From Eledone cirrhosa (lineage: Eukaryota): DNA of 64,000 nt. The position numbers and the translations under genes were made by a program. Shown here piece after piece: positions 55,231 through 64,000 of this stretch. Under the pieces are notes generated by a model that saw only the letters and a list, made by a program, of their open reading frames with translations, was not told the origin of the DNA and did not search any database. Each line of letters begins with the position of its first letter. Positions within the stretch are counted from its first letter, which is position 1. The DNA lies in NCBI GenBank assembly GCA_964016885.1, contig OZ024743.1, positions 33,418,001 to 33,482,000 on the forward strand. The letters run 5' to 3'.

Positions 55231-56406
55231 AAGTTACCACTCTTATTTATTTTCTAGAGGTTAAACACGCGAAGGGCGTTTTTGTTTTCAAAATGCAAAA
55301 ATAATCTCAGAATGTAGACGTTATAGTTTGTATTAAGGCCTCAAATTGGAATACTGAATACTTCCATATTACAATGAAACAAGTTTGCAAACTTAAGCTC
55401 CCATATCATATTAGCTGATTTGAACTGTCACATCCACTCTTTTCTCACTTCTCACTTATCACTATCAACTATGATTCTTGGATTCCATAGCTTTGCTATT
55501 GCTTACAGTTAATGTTCATATTAAATCCTTTCATTCTATGATTAGAGCTTGTCAAAGACTAAATATCAAATAAATTTTCTCTTTAATCTGTTCTGTATAA
55601 GCTTTCTTTACTCTTCTTTATTTATATGTAATAATGATTTAAGTATACTACAACACATAACTAAATTTCAGTTACACCACAGAATATAGATTTTAACCAA
55701 TCAAAAAGTATTCACTTCTCATTTATCATTTATTTCTTCGTGACCACATTTTTGTTGCACTCTTTGCGAACTGGTCATAGCTACATTGTGACACCAAGAA
55801 ATAAATATAAAGTGAATTCAACAGTTTCTGTGTGTTTTTGAATGACTAAAATGACTCTTTCCCCCCCTATGTAATTGCTTTAGTTTCAACACACAATTTC
55901 AGTTCAAAACACTTGCCAGACAAATGCAATTCTGAAATTAAATTTATTTGCTTTTGTTTAACTCCTGCTGGAAGATAATTTGTGATAGACTTGGATCCTA
56001 TACAAAAGGAAAGTTTGTCTTATTTGTCATCCAAGACATTATCACTAGAAACATGATTACTAAACAATACATTTTAAAGGTCAGTTTATATTATATTTTC
56101 CATTATAACCAGTAACCTTTAAAGGTTAGTTTAAATTATAATCTGTATCAAGGCGATCTCGAGAAATCCATAAAAGTTGTAAAAGTAAACTTGGAATGCA
56201 TTATTTTCATTGAGTAACCATCGAGAGTTCTACATTAGACTGACCTTATAAGGTGTGTGTGTGTCTATATCAGGTTCTCAAAGCAGGCGTTACCGCCTGG
56301 GGGGGGGGGGGGGGGCATTGGCGAGATTTCTACAGCTGGAGGCCCTTCCTAACTTCAACCACATTTAAAGTGTTGGCTGGGTGCTTTTTGTCGTGACCTA
56401 CACGGA

Positions 56407-56444
<38 letters not shown>

Positions 56445-56449
<5 letters not shown>

Positions 56450-56552
56450 AAAATAGTCAGGACCCTGACGGCTGCGCTCCGGCCCTTTCGACAGCTAGAT
56501 CGGAACTGGTTCGTTATGATCCACCTGGTATCTTAACACGCCCTCTTTGTTA
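56445..56552 (-). mobile_element. (TA)n-embedded short element, copy 3 (internally deleted, diverged)
   Basis: Minus strand TAACAAAG...ACCAGGTGGATCATAACG...GCCGTCAGGGTCC...TTTTCCTAT; (TA)n on both sides. Confidence 0.7.
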
Positions 56553-56617
56553 TATATATATATATATGCAAAAGTTCTATTTAAATTGTTGGGATACAAC
56601 AAGCAATATCGTATATA

Positions 56618-56660
<43 letters not shown>

Positions 56661-57354
56661 GTTTAAAAGGGTATTTGCAGTTTTGCATTGTGTATTTTCT
56701 GAGTAAAATTATTTTACATGTTTTTCTACTATTCAGTTAAGAGCTTCTAATTGTGTTTCTAACAAGAAAAAACAAAATTGAACGTCTATAAAGCATAAAG
56801 AGAATACATATTAAAACAAGCTAATGTATCGTTAAAATCTCGACTTAATATACACATTCTCAAATATGCTATTTTTTGTATAGCTGCATGTATGTATTAA
56901 TGTGAACCTTCAGTATATAGTATGTCAGTGATAATGGCATTGATCAAGAAATCTATGATGATTGATATATAAGAATATTTCCATATCGAGAGCTTTTTAT
57001 TTTCTTTGAATTTATTTAAAAAAAATAGAATTTGTATTATTCCCCCAACTGATACATTAGTGGCTACTGAGATGTTAGTTTTTCCCTCTTTTCCATTTTG
57101 TGTAAGTTTAATGAAAATAGTGTTTAGTAAAGCACTAACTTCGATTATTGGTAGAGAGACCTTGTCAGTTTGGGCTTTCAACTGAATGTTATAGATATGT
57201 TTAAGAGCCTATCTAAATAGCAACAGATCACAATCTAATAGCTTTCCTAATGGTAGAGCAGATAGAGGCACAAAAGACAGGAATTACGGAATTACCATTA
57301 TGTTTTCATATATTCACACTACTGCAACTACAACTGTCATGGTCTAAAAGCCAA

Positions 57355-57545
57355 AGCAGTTTCTCTTTTAGGCACAAGGCCAGTAATTTGTAAGGAATGG
57401 GAAAGTTGATAAATTGAATCCAGTGCATTACTTGTACTTTAGTTTATCAATCCCTGCGGGATTTTAATTCAGAATGTAAGGGACATAACTCTATGCGGCA
57501 AATCGTGACCAAATGCCCTACCGATAACTGCCTATCTACCACCCA
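57355..57545 (-). mobile_element. SINE family 1, diverged
   Basis: GGCACAAGGCCAG...CCCTACCGAT. Confidence 0.65.
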
Positions 57546-58919
57546 ATCTAGAGTTTTAATGCTAGTGGCCGTAATAACAAATAACCCATGGGAATTTGTA
57601 CGTTGGCTCATTTTGCTAGAAATAGCAACTGAACCTCACCAAAATTACATCCTAGCCTTTTTTTAAAATTATTCATTTGATAAAGTTGGACTGATAACGT
57701 CAAATTATTCATCTTTTTCAATCTTCAGTGAAATGTATAAATTAGGCATGTTTAGATACATAAGCTTTGGTTAAATGTACTGTTATGTAAAGATATGAAT
57801 TTATAGTATACTTCAGTTATTTGGTACACAACTTAATGCACCATATAATATACACAAGATAATGGGTCATGGTTGCTCAATCAGGGTTGATCTGTGACCT
57901 AAACAGCAACAAGCACTGCCCTACTTTTATTTTTGCTATCTTTTACATTCTAGTACCTTTTTGTCGGATAATTTGATAGGTTTACATTTATTAATTCATG
58001 CACAACATACAAGCTTTTTATGACAACCTTCCTTGGTTAGCCTTAGGATTATTTTCAGGCAAATGCTTTCTGAAGAATTCTTCACACTGGAACTTCCCCT
58101 ACCTCTTTTTTAAGCCCGATTTTTAGAGCATGGTCTAGTGGTTAGGTTGTTGGACTCACAATCATAAGATCGTGTTTGATTCCTAGACTGGCTGGTACAT
58201 AGTATACTTCAGCCAGATGCCTTTTCGTGTTGCTTTTCATAAGATTAAAGTCCCTACCATTAAAACACCCAAGAAGGCTCCTAACCTCATAGGAGGCCAG
58301 CTAAACCTGCTTAGGTGTGAGCTGTAAAAAAAATATATATGAAAGAAGCCATATATGTATTCAGCTCTATATGTATTCATTTTCAAAATAAGGGCGTTAT
58401 TTATTTATCCCTATACTATTATGAAATATTAGTGTGTAAAGAATGAATGCTTACTAAAAATTAACAATATTGTTGCTGTTGATGTATTATATAACCCCAG
58501 GTCAGCAATGATCAGGCCTACGCCACATAGGTAGTGAACCTGATGGCTAGGTGTGTTCCACAGACCTATAATTCGGGTATGCTATACCTATCTTTAGTTG
58601 AAAGTATATTGCACATTGTGGCCTGATTAATTGTATCTTTACTCGTTAAAATTTAATTTTGTATTTACATGCATTTTCAATTATCCCTTTTGATATTAAC
58701 TCATCTGAAACTGCTCTGGATCTGCAGTATAAAACTATAATTTCATGTGAGAACTTATGTTAAGTTCCAAACACTAACTTAATAACGAGAAAGTTGGTTA
58801 TATTATTAATTCCCACTCAATTTTTGATTATTTTCAAAATTAAAGTAAAAATCATAGGCAGTGTTTTTAATTAGAAATGTGGTAACAAAGGGTTGATAAT
58901 TTAATTTTACTGAAATAAT

Positions 58920-59105
58920 CGTTTCTACTTTTGGTGCAAAGCCAGCAATTATCTCAGTGTATTACTGGTGCTTTTTTTTATTGACCCCGTAAGGGTGAAA
59001 GGCAAAGTTAACCTGGCGGGATTTGAACTCAGACCATAAAGTGCCGTAACTCTTGCTGTAAAGCATGGCGTCAGACCCTCTACCGATTCTGCCAATCCAC
59101 CGCCC
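58920..59105 (-). mobile_element. SINE family 1, full length with 15-bp TSD
   Basis: TSD TTTTACTGAAATAAT at 58905-58919 and 59106-59120. Confidence 0.9.
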
Positions 59106-59538
59106 TTTTACTGAAATAATAAAGGTAAAAATGGATGAAAATGTAATTAAAAATGGACTAGCAATAATAGGGAATGTTAAAATCTAACTTGGTTTTCCTG
59201 AATAACAATTAAACAAGTTTCAAAATAGGGAAACCATTCACCCTCCTCTTTCATTTTCTGACATTTTTTAAAATCCCGAAGTGTATGAATTTCCATATTT
59301 TGAACATCAGATATTCCGATTATATAAGAAACATTTGCATCATAATAACAATGATAGATGACATATGTACTTATGTGTGTGTAAGTAATGTTTATATATA
59401 TCTCAATGTGCCTGTATTCTACATAGAATGTATATTGATTTTCCAATTCTGAGGTAGAGATTTTACATCTATGTAAAATTATGTCCAAATAATTCATATT
59501 TTCAGTTTTCTAGAGCCATGAAATCTATGCCAATGAGA

Positions 59539-59573
<35 letters not shown>

Positions 59574-61399
59574 ATCGTAAAAAAATAATAATAATAAAAT
59601 GCCAAATTTTTTTCAAAGAAGCTATATAAAAATAACTGAATTGTTGTCCTCTTAAGCTATGGGTTCATTCAGTGAAGAAGCCAATCAATTAAACTGTTGC
59701 TAAGCAAATATATACAGAGAAATGTTGAAAGGAGATAAATGAAAAGAAGACATGAACATATCTGGATGTTTTCTGTTATAAGTAAGATTTTTTTTTTTGT
59801 GCGTGGGGAATACACATATGTGTTACTCAGCATTATCATCATTATCACTGTTTAATATCTATTTTCCATGCTTGCACAGGTTAGCCAGGCTATCATGTTC
59901 TGTGGCTAGACCAGTCAAGTCTTGTACATACATTCCATTTGGGATTTTGTTGGTATCCATGACTGAGGGCCTTTTTTAACTGCAACCTCTTTACAGCATG
60001 TATTGGGAGCATTTTATCATGATATCAGCACTAACACTGTAGATTGGACTACATTTGTTTTAGCATGGTACTAATGATACACAAATGTACATATGATAAA
60101 TGTATGTATAACAATATAATATAGAATTCATAAATTTCTGTAGTAATATAGGTTATATGCAAGTTTCCAGTACTTTCCATATGAAGCCAAATTGTGATCA
60201 TTTTCTATATAAATCCTGTTTGAAATTACTTCAAGCTATTCAGCCTGTAGATATATATCCAGGCTTTATCAAAGATCATAGCTTGCTTGGCCCAAAGTTT
60301 GGAAGTTCACACATAAGAAATATTTTCTTTAGGCATTACTATTCAATAATACAGCTGAAAATGGTGCCATTTATTGATATCTAAAAGAAGTTCAGAAAAG
60401 TACTCCACTAAGTGATAGATATAAAATGTTCTGTAGTCAACTAGCATCTACCATCTCTTATTCAATTGATTTTTGCTTCGATTTCTGACAGACTGCTTTT
60501 GTTCAGTCTTTCCAATTTTTTTCAGCTTTGCATAACATCTCTGAATTTCTCACAGTTGTAAGCATATTTCCATAAATGCATGCTTATATGCACATACACA
60601 AATATGCACATACACAAATATGCTCACACATCATTGTTTAATAACTATTTTCCCTGCTGTCAAGGGTTTGCCATATATATGTCATCACCATTATATGCAT
60701 TTGTTACACTGGTTATCCTACTGTGAGACAAGTCATATCATGACTGGATGCCCTTCCTAATGCCAACCACATTTAGTGTCGATTGGGTGCTCTTTACACC
60801 AATATAACCACTTTATAGCGTGGACATGGCCACTTTACAGTGTCGACGCTTTTTGCAGTGTCCTCAACACGACCACTCTACAGGTGGGACAGGGTGCATT
60901 TTGTCATGTCACCAACACGCTGATGTTATTGGTAAGTTTATGCTGACCTAATAAAATTTTCAATAAAAGCATTTAACATTAAAGCAAGATATTTCTATAG
61001 GATTAACCTTATTCTCAAAATATGAAAAATCTGTCTAGAAGAAACATATTTTTAGTACAATCAATTTTAACTTGATGGTGAAATTATTTTATTGTAAACT
61101 TGAAGGTATTCAACTAAAAAAGAAATCAAAGATTAGTAAAGGAGGCTGAACTGAACAAACATATATAGACATTTTGTAGACATGTACTTAAAATACATTT
61201 GCATGTTTCTGAAATTAAAGAAAATCATCTTTTCAAAGTTCGTATGATGTAATGGTTAAATATAATGCTCTGGTTTATCGCATTCTCTTCTGTGTTAAGC
61301 AGTTTTAATACTTTACCAAGCTTAGTTTATTGTGATTATTTTTTTAAAGACTTTTGAAGAATTTTGGCTTTCATTTATTTTGCATGTTTCTCTATCATA

Positions 61400-61600
61400 A
61401 TGGTTTCTGATTTAGGTACAAAACCAACAATTTGGGGAGAGGGGAAAATCGATTAAATTGATTTCAGTCTGTCACTGGTACTTCATTTTAACAACCTCGT
61501 CAAGATGAAAGGCAAAGCCAACCTTGGCAGGATTTGAACTCAGAACGTAAAGGGCCATAACTCAATGCTACAAAGCATGTTGTCCGACACTCTACCAATT
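61400..61600 (-). mobile_element. SINE family 1, diverged
   Basis: GATGAAAGGCAAAG...GGATTTGAACTCAG. Confidence 0.75.
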
Positions 61601-62659
61601 TTAAATAAGTGGAAATTATACTATATGGAAACATCTTTGGGATTTATCTGTGTTTTTACTATTTCTGTTGTTACAAAGACTAGATGGTGTGGCACAAGTT
61701 AAACTTCCTATCAGACAAGCTGTGATTTAAGGTAAGAAGTATTTCCCCCCCCCCCCCCCCCACCCCCTTTCCTATTAAGATCCTTCCATACTGTTCAGTT
61801 GCCCTTATTTCGTGTCAAGGACTTAGCTGGCCGTTCTTGCTAATCAAGTTAAACAACTTTTTTTGCACTGCATACACTCCCAGATTCAGGTCTAGCTTTC
61901 TAAGATTACTTTCAAATTCTTTGTCATGATTTCCAAGGCTCCAATGACATTTAGCGAAATCGTGACTGTCAACTTGTGTATGTGTGTTTGTCACCTTTTT
62001 GATCATCTGTAGTGTGTGTGTGCGTGTATGTATGTGCATGTTTGACATTTTTGAGAAATGTTCATTTGAAAAGTGTGTGTGTGCTTGACATATTTTTGAG
62101 AAATGTTAATGTGTATGTGCATCAATTTTTCTAGTTCTAGTATTTGGAACCAAGGGTATTGATGAAATGTTAGCCATAATCTAAATTTATCAATACTGTT
62201 CAATGCAATGTTGAGAATAACGATTTCTGAATGAATACAAACCACTACTAATCTAATGTTTTCGTTAAATATATCATCACATATTATTGGTACTCGTGCT
62301 TGTCTGTCAATAAAAATTTGGATTCATTTATCAACTTCAATTGTTATTTGTATATGTATAAATTATTCAGTGACTTTGAAGTGGAGAATTCAATTCTTGT
62401 GCATAAAGGTCTTAGTTCAATCATCCAATAGCTACATATTCTTATATTTCTTAACTTGTCAGAGAAACCTTATTAGCAGCTTCTGTAGTGTCTATTTTTA
62501 AGATCTAAGTATAAGAATATAGTTTAAGGATTTTGTGATAAGAATATAGTTTAAGGATTTTGTGACTATTTTTCTCATAAGATACTTTGTATTTCGATTA
62601 CTTACTCAAGAATTTGGAGAGATTTACTAACATTCATTATTTCATTATTAACCCTTTTG

Positions 62660-62855
62660 AGGGTGGTGGATTGGCAGTCCTTAGTGCATTGGACATACTA
62701 AGTGTTTCTTCTGGCTCTTTACTCTTTGAGTTCAAATCCTCCCGATGTCAACTTTGCCCTTCATCCTTCTAAGGTTGATAAAATAAAGTACCAGTTAAGT
62801 ACTAGGGATATTTGACTTTCCTTTCCCTTAAATTGCTGACCCTTTGCCAAAATAA
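62660..62855 (+). mobile_element. SINE family 1, diverged
   Basis: GGGTGGTGGATTGGCAG head, GAGTTCAAATCC, ATAAAATAAAGTACCAG. Confidence 0.75.
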
Positions 62856-63610
62856 ATCATTATTCACCCTTGATACCTACCCAACCAAACTTGGTTTTGG
62901 TCCGATAGCCCCACCCCACCCCCGTATTTGTTTATTTTACATTTTAATAAAAATCTCCCAGCATAATTTTATATAAGAACTAGGTTGTCTTTGCAATGAA
63001 AAAAAAAAAAATATTGTAGTAAATCCCTCAAAACACTTTTTTATTAGAAATATAGTCATGAAAGTGTGAAGTATTTATGGAAACTATTATATTGACAGAA
63101 ACTGAACAAGTTCTTATGACTACAACGGGTCCAAAAGGTAGTATTTTAGGGGTCTGAAAAAAGATATCTTAAGCTTGAAAGGAAGAAATCAAAGAAAGCA
63201 GTTTGTTAAAAAATTCCCTGGGGAATAAGAAATCTAAAGAAATACATGATAAAAGCAATAACAACCACAACAGAATCATTTAAATAATTTTATTCACACT
63301 TTCACACTAGAATATTGTCTCCAGTATATTTTCCCTGAGTGTGTGGAGGTATAGGGCTGCAGTTGGGTGTATGTACACAAAACATACATACTATATATAT
63401 ATATATGTGCATGCATCCGGTCATATAAGACTTGCCAAACAAAGGGTTTGGGGGAACCTCCAGTTTCGTCCAAAGCATGGCAACCTCCCTAGTATTGATC
63501 TACAAAATAAAATAGTGGTTAGTTCTGCAACCAATATGGATGATGATGGTTGGAAATAGTAAATGCTGCCATTCAACCTCTTGTCTAGTATAGGTGATGG
63601 TGCTTTAAGT

Positions 63611-63780
63611 CATCAATCATCATCATCACCGTTTTACGACCGTTCTTCCACGCTGGCATAGGTTAGACAGGTTGTCCTGTTGTGGGCAGTGTCCGGTTGG
63701 CTGACCTTGTCTTGCTCATACTGGAACTTATTCTGGCTTAATTTCTACAGCTGGATGTCCTTCCTAATACGTACCTCATT
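63611..63780 (-). mobile_element. RTE 3' UTR fragment
   Basis: Reverse complement of ~29190-29350. Confidence 0.8.
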
Positions 63781-64000
63781 TAAGTAGTTCTCATAATAGC
63801 CAAAAATATGTTTATTTGGTATGTAAATAAAAATGACATAATATAATTTTATTAAAAACATTAAAATTTAGCATTCAGTCCACAAAATATTGTTTTTATT
63901 TAAATTCATAACAAATAGCACAATAAAATCATTCTTTACTATTCAATAAAAAAAGGATAATGATTATTTCTTAATCCAATAATTTAATGAAAGTACACAA

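Noticed and set aside
59542-59571. Long poly-G run (G-quadruplex potential)
   Set aside because: It is a simple homopolymer; several similar C/G runs occur in the window and their lengths are unreliable.

Overview
This is AT-rich, repeat-dominated eukaryotic DNA. The repeat content (RTE LINEs with (CAT)n tails, abundant tRNA-derived SINEs, very long (TA)n arrays) suggests an animal, probably a coleoid cephalopod such as Octopus; that assignment is inference. I could not identify an intact host gene, and the long (YI)n ORFs are microsatellite artefacts. The window holds a decaying Ty3/Gypsy element with its 3' LTR (1-2852), several RTE LINE pieces (one with an open RT ORF at 27645-29060), a CR1-like LINE (32219-34740), two CRE-like REL-endonuclease LINE remnants, piggyBac- and hAT-type MITEs, many SINEs and a 2.7-kb tandem duplication. 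The most striking signal lies in and around the (TA)n arrays. Three unrelated long DNA palindromes (7830-8663, 22946-23370, 29694-30024) each carry an outward-pointing minimal hammerhead-ribozyme motif in both arms, and a fourth, unpaired hammerhead sits at 26001-26047. These resemble Penelope-like pseudo-LTRs or retrozymes. All but the first palindrome lie in a roughly 15-kb (TA)n/TATG zone whose G interruptions are almost all on the + strand. A separate (TA)n-embedded element family has a terminal hairpin whose arms covary between copies.
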